From Chloroflexota bacterium (GTDB lineage: Bacteria > Chloroflexota > Dehalococcoidia > Lucifugimonadales > UBA3495), in contig JACZUF010000008.1 of assembly GCA_022573285.1 (NCBI GenBank), forward strand, positions 9,962-73,961: DNA of 64,000 nt. The letters run 5' to 3'. Shown one piece after another: positions 28,135-37,569 of the stretch (its first letter is position 1; the number at the start of each line of letters is the position of its first letter). Under the pieces are notes generated by a model. The model did not search any database. It had not been told where the DNA came from and was given only the letters and a program-made list of their open reading frames with translations. Position numbers and translations under genes: made by a program.

Positions 28135-28941
28135 TTAGGTTGGGAGCGAGACACCCGCCAGTCCAGCGATGAACCGGCTGGCCCGCTCGACCAGGTCTTC
28201 CCTTGGCGACTCTAGCATCACACTGACCAGGGCGCTGCCGACCACGGCGGCGTCCGCCTTCTTCCCCACCTCCTCCACATGGCCTCTGTTGGATATCCCG
28301 AATCCCACGGCCAAGGGAAGATTCGTGTGGGCCTTCACCCGGTCCAACAGCTCAAAGCTCCGCTCGGACACCCGATCGCGGGCGCCGGTGACTCCGGTGA
28401 CGCTGATGCAGTAGATGAACCCGCTGGCCCCGGCGCAGGCGTCTTTGATGCTCTCGCTGGTGCTGGTCGGCGCCAATAGCGGGATCACTGAGATGTCCCG
28501 CAACCGGCATTCCGAGATCAAGGGAGCAGACTCGAATCCGGGAAGGTCCACGGCGATGACCCCATCGACGCCCGCTTGGTGGCACCGCTCGGCGAACGGC
28601 GCCAGTCCGTAGCTGTGGATGGGGTTGTAATAGCCCATCAGGACCAGCGGCGTTTCCGCGATCTTGTCCCGCAGGGCCTCGGCGGCGTTCAGGCAGTCTC
28701 CCAGGGTGGTGCCGTTCTGTAGGGCCCGGAAGCTGGACTCTTGGATCACCGGTCCCTCGGCCAGGGGATCGCTGAAGGGCACCCCTAACTCCACGGCGTC
28801 GGCACCGGCCGCAACCAGGGCTGGGACCAACTCCAGAGTAGCCTCCATGTCGGGGAAACCGGCGGTCAAAAACACAATTAATCCGGGACGCTTCTGCTCC
28901 CGGATTGAATCGAACATCCGCCTGATTCGAGCTTCGCCCAT
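28135..28941 (-). CDS. trpA: Tryptophan synthase alpha subunit
   Basis: ...RPGLIVFLTAGFPD...VELGVPFSDPLAEGPVIQ...GFGIS... canonical TrpA motifs. 268 aa. Confidence 0.9.
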   Translation of the reverse strand: MGEARIRRMFDSIREQKRPGLIVFLTAGFPDMEATLELVPALVAAGADAVELGVPFSDPLAEGPVIQESSFRALQNGTTLGDCLNAAEALRDKIAETPLVLMGYYNPIHSYGLAPFAERCHQAGVDGVIAVDLPGFESAPLISECRLRDISVIPLLAPTSTSESIKDACAGASGFIYCISVTGVTGARDRVSERSFELLDRVKAHTNLPLAVGFGISNRGHVEEVGKKADAAVVGSALVSVMLESPREDLVERASRFIAGLAGVSLPT

Positions 28942-29044
28942 ACCTGGGACCTGGAGTCCTCCCGGCCCGGATTCGACAAGAATCCCCGGCCTGTGGTTCA
29001 GGCAAATTTAACGTACAACCCCTCTGGTGTCTACCCCTTAGAGT

Positions 29045-29926
29045 CTACCCCCCAAGGGCCTGCACGCCCAATGCCAGGGCGTTCTGGCCGGCATGAGCGC
29101 CGATGGCCGCCCATAGGGAACCGGTCCGCCAGTATAGCCAGGCCAACAGGAACCCGGTGATGAAGATGGGAATGACCACCCCGAAGGAGAGGTGGAACGC
29201 GCTGAAAACCAAAGCGCTGGCCACGATGGCACGCCACGGTCCCAGCCGTGGCAGCAGGCCGCCGTAGACGAACCCCCGGAAGAATATCTCTTCGCTGAAA
29301 GGCGTGATGAGAGCAAGGGCCTGGAAAGTCAGCAATACCGCCGGGCCGTCGAAGATGATGTCCGAGTCAACGTCCGGCGGGGAAAGTATCTCCACCTCCA
29401 GCCAATCCACGATGCCGGCGTACAGGGATGTGGCGACCAAACTGGTGGCCAACACCCCCACCATCAGCAGGACCGTCCGTTTCTGGGGCAGCCGTATCCT
29501 GCTGAGCCGCAGCACGGCCAAGGGATATCTGGAGTGCCGCAATCCGAGGAACCAGATGATGGAAACGATGGCCAGGGCCATCAGATGAACACTGATCCAG
29601 GTGGCTAGGGCGTCTTCCTGCTCCGGATACAGCGAGGCGATGATCGAGGCCAGCAACGCCGACGTGAATAGGGAGAGCAGGACCAGGATTATTCCGGCGA
29701 TGATCTGCCCGCCGCCCCAGGTCACCCCTCCCTTTCGGCGAATCACGCGCCCGGCGGAGCGGCCCGCGGCGGTGGGTTCGACTTCAGAGGCGCCAATCTC
29801 AGGGGCGCCGGACGACCGGCCGAAATCATATCCGCAACCGGCACAGGAGTTCTGTCCATTCTCCAAATGACGGCCACAGCCGGGACAATGTTGCAAGGCC
29901 TCGCTCTCGCCGGAGGGTTCACCCAC
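29045..29926 (-). CDS. CPBP-family intramembrane glutamic endopeptidase (CAAX protease-like) with N-terminal zinc-ribbon
   Basis: HCPGCGRHLENGQNSCAGCGYDF at the N-terminus. TM segments. PFSEEIFFRGF and FSAFH motifs of the CPBP/Abi family. Confidence 0.8.
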   Translation of the reverse strand: MGEPSGESEALQHCPGCGRHLENGQNSCAGCGYDFGRSSGAPEIGASEVEPTAAGRSAGRVIRRKGGVTWGGGQIIAGIILVLLSLFTSALLASIIASLYPEQEDALATWISVHLMALAIVSIIWFLGLRHSRYPLAVLRLSRIRLPQKRTVLLMVGVLATSLVATSLYAGIVDWLEVEILSPPDVDSDIIFDGPAVLLTFQALALITPFSEEIFFRGFVYGGLLPRLGPWRAIVASALVFSAFHLSFGVVIPIFITGFLLAWLYWRTGSLWAAIGAHAGQNALALGVQALGG

Positions 29927-30220
29927 TGTCTGCTCCGGCCGGTGTTGGCCGGGTTCGCTCCATCATCACGGCAATTTTTACGGCCGGACTACAGTTGGGG
30001 TCAGCATATACACCTCAATCGATGATCAATCACCGGCTTAAAGTATATCAACATGGCCCTATCTCCAAGCCCGTGATTAACGCCTGGCAATAGCGGCGAT
30101 TTCCCTTCCATCAGGGCGTAATCGCCAGACATCCGGGTGTGATTGCCAGACAATGCAACCTCGGCCATAATGACTGCGGCTCCGGCCGGCGGCAACCGGC
30201 CGGCCAAGGGAGGCGCTCCT

Positions 30221-30430
30221 ATGGCTTCAGACCGGCAACCGGGCAACGGGCAACTCACCCGGGAAGAGTTCGACCGCCTGGCGGAACAGCTTGGTGTCAC
30301 CGGAGACCCGGCCTACATCGATGAACTCTACTCCCAGGTGCGCGGGGTCTTCATCGGCGCCAAGACCGTCCGGGAGATCGACGTGTCCGGCGCCGAGCCG
30401 GACATGGCATTTATTCCCAGGGTTACTTAA
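30221..30430 (+). CDS. Small GatC/AtzG-like protein (putative amidase accessory subunit)
   Basis: 69 aa from ATG 30221 (AAGGGAGG RBS): MASDRQPGNGQLTREEFDRLAEQLGVTGDPAYIDELYSQVRGVFIGAKTVREIDVSGAEPDMAFIP. Directly upstream of an amidase-signature gene. Confidence 0.5.
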   Translation: MASDRQPGNGQLTREEFDRLAEQLGVTGDPAYIDELYSQVRGVFIGAKTVREIDVSGAEPDMAFIPRVT

Positions 30431-30527
30431 ACCGGGGGCCGGCTGAACCGGCCATCACGACTGCGGCCAGGCCGAATATCCGATCGACTATTCGGCCAAC
30501 CACACAGAACCGGGAGGCAACGCCCTT

Positions 30528-31940
30528 ATGGATACACTGGAAATCTGCTACATGAGCGCCGGGGACCTCTCAAAGCTGGTCCAGAAAAAAGATATCTCCC
30601 CGGTTGAGATAATCGACGCCCATCTGGCCAGGATCGAGGCCACTGAGCCGGTGCTGAACTCGTTCATCACCCTTTTGGCAGACGCGTCCCGTGCCGCCGC
30701 CCGCCAGGCCGAGAAGGACATCCAGGCCGGAAGGTACAAGGGCCCGCTCCACGGCATTCCCGTGGGACTGAAAGACCTGTACAACACCGGCGGGGTGCGC
30801 ACCACCTCGGGCTCCAAGATCTTCGACACCTTCATCCCCGCCGAAGACTGCACCGTGGCCGCCAAATTCCACCAGGCTGGGGCCATCCTTCTGGGCAAGC
30901 TGAACATGCACCAGTTCGCCTACGGGCCCACGGGGGAAAACCCCGACTACGGCCACATGCATAACCCTTGGAACCCAGACATGGTCACCGGCGGCTCCAG
31001 CGGGGGCTCCGGCTCCGCCGCCGCGGCAGGCCAGTGCACCATCACCACCGGCAGCGACACCGGCGGGTCCATCCGCATCCCCGCCGCCCTCTGCGGCATC
31101 GTCGGCCTTAAGCCCACCTACGGGCTGGTCAGCCGCCACGGCCTAACGGCCCTGTCTTGGTCGCTGGACCACCCCGGACCCATGGTGCGCACCGTGGAAG
31201 ACGCCGCCATCACCATGAACGTCATAGCCGGCCACGACCCCAAGGATGTGGCGTCGGCCAAGGTCGATATCCCCGACTACACGTCCGCCCTGACCGGCGA
31301 CGTCCGGGGCCTCCGAATCGGCCTGCCCAAGGAGTACTTCGAAGCGCCGCTTGACCCCCAGGTGAGGAAGGCCGTGGAGGACGCCGTCAGTCTACTGGAG
31401 AGCATGGGAGCGGAGGTGAAAGAGGTCTCGTTCCCGATGTTCAACCAGTCCCAGGCCATATCCAGCACCGTGCTCATGGCCGAGGCGAGCGCCTACCACC
31501 GTGACCTGCTGGAAAAAGACGGCCACCAGCTCTACGAGCCGGTGCGCCAGCGGCTGGAGGCGGGGTTGTTCATCAGCGCCGTCGACTACCTGCGGGCGCA
31601 GCAGGCCCGGACCCTCCTGGACCAGGAATGCCGGCGTCTTCTGGACGACGTTGACCTGCTGGCTGGTCCCACCGAGCCCGTGACCGCCCCGGAGATATTG
31701 GCCTCGAAGGTGATGGCCGGAGAACAAGAAATCGGCGTCGTGGGCGCTCTGACCCAGTACACCCGGCCCTATAACATCAACGGATTCCCCGCCATATCGG
31801 TGCCCTGCGGCTTCTCCGACGCCGGACTGCCCATCGGTCTGCAACTGGCGGGTAGGCCCTTCGACGAGTTGACGGTGTTGCGCGCCGCCCACGCCTACGA
31901 ACAGGCCACCGATTGGCACACCCGCCGCCCGCCGCTCTAG
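30528..31940 (+). CDS. Amidase-signature family amidase (GatA/AtzE-like)
   Basis: GGSSGGSGSAAAAG amidase signature, with upstream ...GIPVGLKDLY... Lys region. 470 aa. Confidence 0.9.
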   Translation: MDTLEICYMSAGDLSKLVQKKDISPVEIIDAHLARIEATEPVLNSFITLLADASRAAARQAEKDIQAGRYKGPLHGIPVGLKDLYNTGGVRTTSGSKIFDTFIPAEDCTVAAKFHQAGAILLGKLNMHQFAYGPTGENPDYGHMHNPWNPDMVTGGSSGGSGSAAAAGQCTITTGSDTGGSIRIPAALCGIVGLKPTYGLVSRHGLTALSWSLDHPGPMVRTVEDAAITMNVIAGHDPKDVASAKVDIPDYTSALTGDVRGLRIGLPKEYFEAPLDPQVRKAVEDAVSLLESMGAEVKEVSFPMFNQSQAISSTVLMAEASAYHRDLLEKDGHQLYEPVRQRLEAGLFISAVDYLRAQQARTLLDQECRRLLDDVDLLAGPTEPVTAPEILASKVMAGEQEIGVVGALTQYTRPYNINGFPAISVPCGFSDAGLPIGLQLAGRPFDELTVLRAAHAYEQATDWHTRRPPL

Positions 31941-32119
31941 GCGGCCCGCCGCGCCCAAGCCCCGGACCCAGTCGGGACAGGTGGCAACCCTACCGCGAGC
32001 ATTGCACCATGGCCGCTCGACCGGGCTGCTAAAATTGCCCGGATTTCGTGTAGAATCCAGGTACGGCCCGGACGCGGTATCGATCATATGGGGCCGGTAT
32101 ATCTGGAGGGCCGGCAGCA

Positions 32120-32893
32120 TTGGCGGAGATCACCACCGTAACCTTCGACCTCTGGCAGACCCTGTTGCTGGACGACCAGGACCTGGGACAGGCCCGCGCC
32201 CTGGTCCGGCTTGAGGGCGCCCGGTCGGCCCTGACCAGGTACGGCGAGGACTATGACCTGGAGCACATCCGCGAAGCCTACCAGTCTTGCTTCCGGCAAT
32301 GCCAAGCGATACGGGACGGCGGTCTGGACGTGGATTTTCGGGAGCAGGTGTCAATCTTCGTCAACAACATCGCTCCTGGCCTGGCCGGCCGCCTGGACCG
32401 CGGCGTCATGGATGAGATTGCCTGGAGCTATTCGGATTCCTTCTTGGTCCACCCGCCCCCGGCCCACGTGGACGCGGTCCAAGTCCTCCAAGGGGTCAAG
32501 GACATGGGCCTGAGGATGGGGCTGATCTCCAATACGGGAATGACCCCGGGGTTCACCTTCCGCTCCTACATGGAAGAGCGGGGGATGCTGGGCTACTTCC
32601 ACACCCTGACATTCTCCGATGAGGTCAAGCTGGCCAAACCTTCCAGCGAGATATTCAAGATGGCCCTGCGGTCGTTGGGCGCATCCCCGGAGCAGACGAT
32701 CCATGTGGGCGACCACGTGCTGAACGACGTGGTGGGCGCCAAGCGCTGCGGACTGAAGACGGTCTGGATCACCGGGTTCTACGAACGAGAGGACCCCGAC
32801 GATCCAGAAACAGAGCCAGACGTTACCGTGTCCGGACTGGCCGAGGTGGTACCCGCCATCGCCAAACTGGCCGGACGGGCGCCGGCGGGCTGA
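32120..32893 (+). CDS. HAD-superfamily hydrolase (subfamily IA-like)
   Basis: VTFDLWQTLL (motif I variant), ISNTG (motif II), HVGDHVLNDVVGAKRCG (motifs III/IV). TTG start with GGAGGG 8 nt upstream. Confidence 0.7.
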   Translation: MAEITTVTFDLWQTLLLDDQDLGQARALVRLEGARSALTRYGEDYDLEHIREAYQSCFRQCQAIRDGGLDVDFREQVSIFVNNIAPGLAGRLDRGVMDEIAWSYSDSFLVHPPPAHVDAVQVLQGVKDMGLRMGLISNTGMTPGFTFRSYMEERGMLGYFHTLTFSDEVKLAKPSSEIFKMALRSLGASPEQTIHVGDHVLNDVVGAKRCGLKTVWITGFYEREDPDDPETEPDVTVSGLAEVVPAIAKLAGRAPAG

Positions 32894-33114
32894 GAACCGG
32901 CGGCCGGCCTCCATCTTGACAATGGGAATCTGCCGGTGATAGTGTCGGCTTGCCTGCACTTCCTGGTAAAACATAAGGCCAATTTGCTCACCTCCGGCCA
33001 TATGGCTGAGGATTCGTTTAAGGCAAATGGCTATTCAGGGCAAATCAGCCACGGCTGAATATGTCTCTGACATTGGTGACGGGATGCTAAAAAGGGTCCT
33101 GACAGGAACGCAGC

Positions 33115-34614
33115 ATGGCTGATCCAGCCGAACTTCACGAGCTTTGCAAAGCCGTTTTCTCGCAGCGGCCACTGATCCTGGTGAGCAACCGAGGCCCGGT
33201 TGAGCACCAGATGTCCAGCGACGGCCGCCCGGAAGCCCGCCGCGGCAGCGGCAGCGTGGTCACTGCCTTCAGTTCACTGGCCCAGAAATTCGAGTTCACT
33301 TGGGTGGCCAGCGCCATGGGTGAAGGCGACCGGGTCGTCTCCAACAACGGCCAGGGGCCCCATCTAAAATCTCCCCTCCCCGGACACAAGATCAACCTAC
33401 GTTACGTGGTGACCCCCCGGCGCGTTTACCACAAGTATTACAACATCCTCTGCAATCCGCTGCTCTGGTTCCTGCAGCACTACATGTGGAACCCGCCCTA
33501 CAATCCCAACGTCGACGCCGCCGTGCATGACGCCTGGGAAACCGGCTACATACCGGTGAACCAGGCCTTCGCCAACGCCGTGATCGATGAGGCCCGGGCC
33601 TTGGAGCAGGCCCCCATAGTAATCGGCCACGATTATCACCTCTACCTGTTGCCCGAGTTCGTGCGCCAAGGAGTGCCGGAGGCCGTCATCCAGCACTTCA
33701 TTCACATACCGTGGCCCACGCCCCAGTACTGGCACATGATTCCCGACTACATCACCCGGCGCATCTGCGAGTCGCTCTGCGCCACCGACCTGCTGGGCTT
33801 CCAGACCATCGGCGATGTCCGATGCTTCTTGGACACGGTTGACGAGTTCGTCCCGGAGGTATCCGTGGACCGGAACAACCACACCGTGGAACGGAACGGC
33901 CACACCACCTCGGTCAAGGTCTACCCCATCTCCATCAACGTGGAGGAAGTGCAGCGCATCGCCAACTCCCCTCGCGCCCTGGACTATGAGACCAAGCTGG
34001 CTGCGGACACCGGAGAAGTCACTATCGTCCGCATCGACCGCGCCGAGCCCAACAAGAACATCGTCCGCGGCTTCCGGGCCTACGAACTGATGCTGACGCG
34101 CTATCCCGAACTCAAAGGCAAGGTCAAGTTCCTGGCCTTCCTGGTGCCTTCCCGCACCCACATACGCCAGTATCAAAGGTACATGGACGAGATACAGCAG
34201 GTTGTCCAGCAGATCAACAAAAACCACGGGACCGAGGACTGGCAGCCCATCGTTCCGTTCATAGAAAACAACTACACCCAGGCCATCGCCGGCATGAAGC
34301 TGTACGACGCGCTTCTGGTGAACACGATCATTGAGGGCATGAACCTGGTGGCCAAAGAAGGCCCGGTGGTCAACACCCGTGACGGCGTATTGGTCTTGTC
34401 CCACAGTAGCGGTGTGCACCGTCAGCTTGCCCACGGCGCCCTCAGCGTGTCCCCCACCGACATCGAGGGCACCATGGAGGCGCTGCACCAAGCGATCACC
34501 ATGTCCGCTGAAGACCGCAAAGACCGGGCCGCGCGCCTGTTCGAGTCGGTCTGCCGCGAGGACATCAACCATTGGCTCCACCAGCAGATGCAGGACATCT
34601 CGGACCTGCTGTAG
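33115..34614 (+). CDS. otsA: Alpha,alpha-trehalose-phosphate synthase (GT20)
   Basis: LILVSNRGPVEH..., ...HDYHLYLLP..., ...VRIDRAEPNKNI..., ...INTIIEGMNLVAKE... GT20/OtsA hallmarks. 499 aa. Confidence 0.85.
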   Translation: MADPAELHELCKAVFSQRPLILVSNRGPVEHQMSSDGRPEARRGSGSVVTAFSSLAQKFEFTWVASAMGEGDRVVSNNGQGPHLKSPLPGHKINLRYVVTPRRVYHKYYNILCNPLLWFLQHYMWNPPYNPNVDAAVHDAWETGYIPVNQAFANAVIDEARALEQAPIVIGHDYHLYLLPEFVRQGVPEAVIQHFIHIPWPTPQYWHMIPDYITRRICESLCATDLLGFQTIGDVRCFLDTVDEFVPEVSVDRNNHTVERNGHTTSVKVYPISINVEEVQRIANSPRALDYETKLAADTGEVTIVRIDRAEPNKNIVRGFRAYELMLTRYPELKGKVKFLAFLVPSRTHIRQYQRYMDEIQQVVQQINKNHGTEDWQPIVPFIENNYTQAIAGMKLYDALLVNTIIEGMNLVAKEGPVVNTRDGVLVLSHSSGVHRQLAHGALSVSPTDIEGTMEALHQAITMSAEDRKDRAARLFESVCREDINHWLHQQMQDISDLL

Positions 34615-34795
34615 CGCGTTCCCGCCCAAGGCGGTCTTCCCGGCGGGAATCATCCTCCACACGGCTGCCGGCCTGAAACCGAGGCTGGATAATTGGCGGG
34701 GCCGGGGTTAAAGTACTAGAGTGGCGGCCCAGTCTGCCCCACATAGTTCTTCTTCACCTCTTAACGACGCTCTGGGCGTGGAGAAAACGGACCAC

Positions 34796-35371
34796 ATGGA
34801 ACAGTTGTTCAACCCACAATTGCCTGGCGGCGGGCGTCCCGACATCCAGCTTTGCATCTTCCCACACCTGCCTGAATTCCTGGTGATCGACTCCCGGGAA
34901 GGGAACCCTCGGGTGTTGCTTCTCAGCACCGACGACGTTTTTGACGAGGAGTTCTACCGGGCGGTGGAATCCGAGTTCTCCGAGGCGCTGCGCTCGTCCA
35001 GCGAATTCCTCTTTTCCCACTTCATCAACCTGCCGATCACCATCGAGGAAACGGTGCGGGACATCGCCATGAGCTTCATCCTCGACCGGCTTGGGGTGCA
35101 GGTGGACCAAGAAGACGAGCTTCCGTCGGTGGTTGTCTACGTGGTCAGTGGCGGCGCCCTGGCCGCCCACGCCAAAAAGATCCTTGAGGGCCTGAAGGAC
35201 CTGATCCACGCCAGCTTCAAAGGCTCCGAGGCAGACCGGTGGGGAGACACCATCGCCGACTTGGTCGAGCGGGAAACGGTCATCATGCAGAAATTGAACG
35301 AGCGGCAGGTGGCGGAAGCCTTCAAAGGTGACTCGCCCGACTACTTCACCCTCTGGGAAAGCCGCAACTGA
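34796..35371 (+). CDS. Hypothetical protein (acidic, no family recognised)
   Basis: Protein-like composition in the plus frame, whereas the overlapping minus-strand ORF 34754..35542 is Gly/Arg/His-rich and looks antisense. The start is uncertain (34721 GTG or 34796 ATG). Confidence 0.5.
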   Translation: MEQLFNPQLPGGGRPDIQLCIFPHLPEFLVIDSREGNPRVLLLSTDDVFDEEFYRAVESEFSEALRSSSEFLFSHFINLPITIEETVRDIAMSFILDRLGVQVDQEDELPSVVVYVVSGGALAAHAKKILEGLKDLIHASFKGSEADRWGDTIADLVERETVIMQKLNERQVAEAFKGDSPDYFTLWESRN

Positions 35372-35477
35372 CCACCCCTTTCCTGGCGCGCCTCTCCCCC
35401 TCTCCCCTATAATTTCAAGGACTTTCCCCCAAGCGGCCCAGTAAGCCGACAAAGAAGCCTCGCCTAAGGAACGCTCG

Positions 35478-36503
35478 ATGAACGAAATAGGTTTCTTTCT
35501 CAACGCCAGCCGGGAAACCTCCGACGAAGACCTGATCTCCATCGCGCAACAGGCCGACAGGCTGGGCTATCACTCCTTCTGGACCGGAGAATCGTGGGGA
35601 CGGGATGCTTTCACGGTGCTGACCATGGTGGCCTGCCACACCGAGAACCTGCGTCTGGGCACCGGCATCGTCACCGTGTTCAGCAGGACACCCGCGATCA
35701 TCGCCCAGACCGTCGCTTCCCTGGACATCTTGTCCAAGGGACGGGCCATCCTGGGCTTGGGCAGCAGCGGGCGGGTGGTGGTAGAGAACTGGCACGGCGT
35801 GCCCTTCGATTCCCCCCTGGCCCGCACCCGGGAATATATCGACATCATCCGGAAGGCGCTGGCCGGTGGGCCCGTCAATTACCAAGGGCGTTTCTACCAA
35901 ATGGACCGGTTCCGGATGATCTCCCCGCCGGTGCAAGAGCGCGTCCCCATATACGTCGCCAGTTTGGGACCCAAGAACCTGGCCTTGACCGGGGAACTGG
36001 CCGACGGGTGGCTGCCCGTCTGGGCAAACCGGGAACGATTGCCCGGCCTGAAGGAACAGATCGGCCTCGCCGCGGCCAAGGCCGGTAGAAACATCGCCGA
36101 TGTGACTGTTGCTCCCTACATATTTTGCTATACCGCCAGCGGTCCCCAGGACTTGGCCCACGGGGAGCAACTGCTGCGGGCCCACATGGCCTACTATATC
36201 GGCGGCATGGGGACCTTTTACTTCGAAAGTTTCAGCCGCGCCGGTTTCGCCACCGAAGCCCGGGCAGTTCGGGACGCCTGGAGTTCCGGAAACCGGGACC
36301 AGGCCGCCGCCGCGCTGTCGGACCGGATGCTGGAGAGTGTGGTGGTGTTGGGCGATCCCCAGCAGTGCCGCGACCAGTTGGCCAAGTTCCGGCAGGCGGG
36401 GGCCGACATGCCCATCGCCAACTTCCCCCACGGGACCGACCTGGCCACCATCCGCCGCACCATCGAGGCCTTGGCTCCCCAGGCAGGCGCCGGTGACGGT
36501 TAA
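35478..36503 (+). CDS. Luciferase-like (LLM class) flavin/F420-dependent oxidoreductase
   Basis: ...ADRLGYHSFWTGESWGRDAFTVL...LGTGIVTVFSRTPAIIAQ... typical LLM TIM-barrel N-terminus. 341 aa. Confidence 0.8.
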   Translation: MNEIGFFLNASRETSDEDLISIAQQADRLGYHSFWTGESWGRDAFTVLTMVACHTENLRLGTGIVTVFSRTPAIIAQTVASLDILSKGRAILGLGSSGRVVVENWHGVPFDSPLARTREYIDIIRKALAGGPVNYQGRFYQMDRFRMISPPVQERVPIYVASLGPKNLALTGELADGWLPVWANRERLPGLKEQIGLAAAKAGRNIADVTVAPYIFCYTASGPQDLAHGEQLLRAHMAYYIGGMGTFYFESFSRAGFATEARAVRDAWSSGNRDQAAAALSDRMLESVVVLGDPQQCRDQLAKFRQAGADMPIANFPHGTDLATIRRTIEALAPQAGAGDG

Positions 36504-37062
36504 GATCGGCGTGATATCGGACACCCACTCAGCGGGCAGCGGAAGGGACCTGCCGGTGAAGATTTTGGACGCCCTGCGCGGGGTGGACCTGATCCTCCAC
36601 TGCGGCGACCTTGAGTGCCTGGGAGTCCTGGATTACCTGGAAGAGGTGGCCCCGTTGCTGGCGGTCCGCGGCTACGAGGACCCTTTGGAAGAGGGAGACC
36701 GGCTGGCCCTTACAACCCGAGTGGTCAAGGCTGAGGGCGTGTCCATCGGCATGGTCCACGACATCCAATGGCCGGGCCCCAAGATTCCCACCAGCCCCGA
36801 CGGCACAGGGTTGGTTTTCCCCAACGGCAACGGCCGCGAGATCATGGCCCGCAAGTTCAAAGAGCCGGTGGACGTCGTCCTTTTCGGCGACACCCACGAG
36901 GAGCTGGTCATCCACTGGGACGGGGTCTTGATCATGAACCCCGGTAGCCCGACCTATCCCGGAAGACGCCACAAGCGAGGAGTCTTGGGCACCATCGGGA
37001 TGCTGGAGGTGGAAGGAGAAGACGCCACCGCCCGGATCATCGACCTGGAATCGATTAACTAG
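36493..37062 (+). CDS. YfcE/MJ0936-type metallophosphoesterase
   Basis: VKIGVISDTHS...LILHCGDL...VLFGDTHE...NPGS motifs. GTG 36493 overlaps the LLM stop by 11 nt. The track start 36109 lies inside the LLM gene in another frame. Confidence 0.75.
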   Translation: MTVKIGVISDTHSAGSGRDLPVKILDALRGVDLILHCGDLECLGVLDYLEEVAPLLAVRGYEDPLEEGDRLALTTRVVKAEGVSIGMVHDIQWPGPKIPTSPDGTGLVFPNGNGREIMARKFKEPVDVVLFGDTHEELVIHWDGVLIMNPGSPTYPGRRHKRGVLGTIGMLEVEGEDATARIIDLESIN

Positions 37063-37108
37063 TCTTCGAATATTGATAGCGCGTCATTCATGACCAGGCT
37101 AAATCAAC

Positions 37109-37505
37109 GTCTTTCCGGCCCATCCGTGGATGGGGAATCCAGAAAGACCGCAATGAGACATTTCTTCTCGAAACCTCTCCCCTTGCACTATTGAGTAACC
37201 CTCCACCTGCGTAGGGGCACGGTCCCGATGGAATCGGGATGCCCCTACGTGCGAATCCGGTTATTCCCGCTGGTCGATAGCCCGCCATTCCATCGATGAC
37301 GTTGTCTAAATTGAACCAGGGCGGGTCACAGACCCGCCCCTACGTAACGTGACGGACGTCGTGGAAGGCAAACTGCGAACGAGGTTTGCGTTGTGCGGGC
37401 GTAGGAGCGGGTTTCAAACCCGCCCTGTTTGTGTTCAACCGAGCCCGAGGAAATACACCAATGCTACTGCTCTGGATTCCCATTCAGCGGAAGGGCCGGA
37501 ATGAC
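37109..37505. repeat. BIME-like composite of REP hairpins bounded by an inverted pair
   Basis: 37109-37143 GTCTTTCCGGCCCATCCGTGGATGGGGAATCCAGA matches the reverse complement of 37471-37505 at about 30 of 35 positions. Between them lie hairpins at 37211-37258 (GTAGGGGCA...TGCCCCTACGTGCGAATC), 37319-37344 (GGGCGGGTcacagACCCGCCCCTACG) and 37401-37425 (GTAGGAGCGGGTTTCAAACCCGCCC). Confidence 0.75.
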
Positions 37506-37522
37506 AGGGTTGGCGCAGAACC

Positions 37523-37554
37523 AAAAAGGGCCGATCGATTGACCGGCCCTTTTC
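37523..37554 (-). terminator. Bidirectional-looking intrinsic terminator after the pyrophosphatase gene
   Basis: AAAAA-GGGCCG-atcgattgac-CGGCCC-TTTTCTTT. The stem is flanked by an A-run and a T-run and lies 16 nt beyond the stop at 37570. Confidence 0.6.
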
Positions 37555-37569
37555 TTTACTTGGTTGCGC

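Noticed and set aside
36109-36492. N-terminal 128 codons of the track ORF 36109..37062. The same applies to the extended starts of 23533, 55538, 41215, 16969, 63167 and 62421.
   Set aside because: These extensions overlap the preceding gene in another frame or lack family similarity. Internal starts with Shine-Dalgarno sequences coincide with the beginning of the conserved domains.
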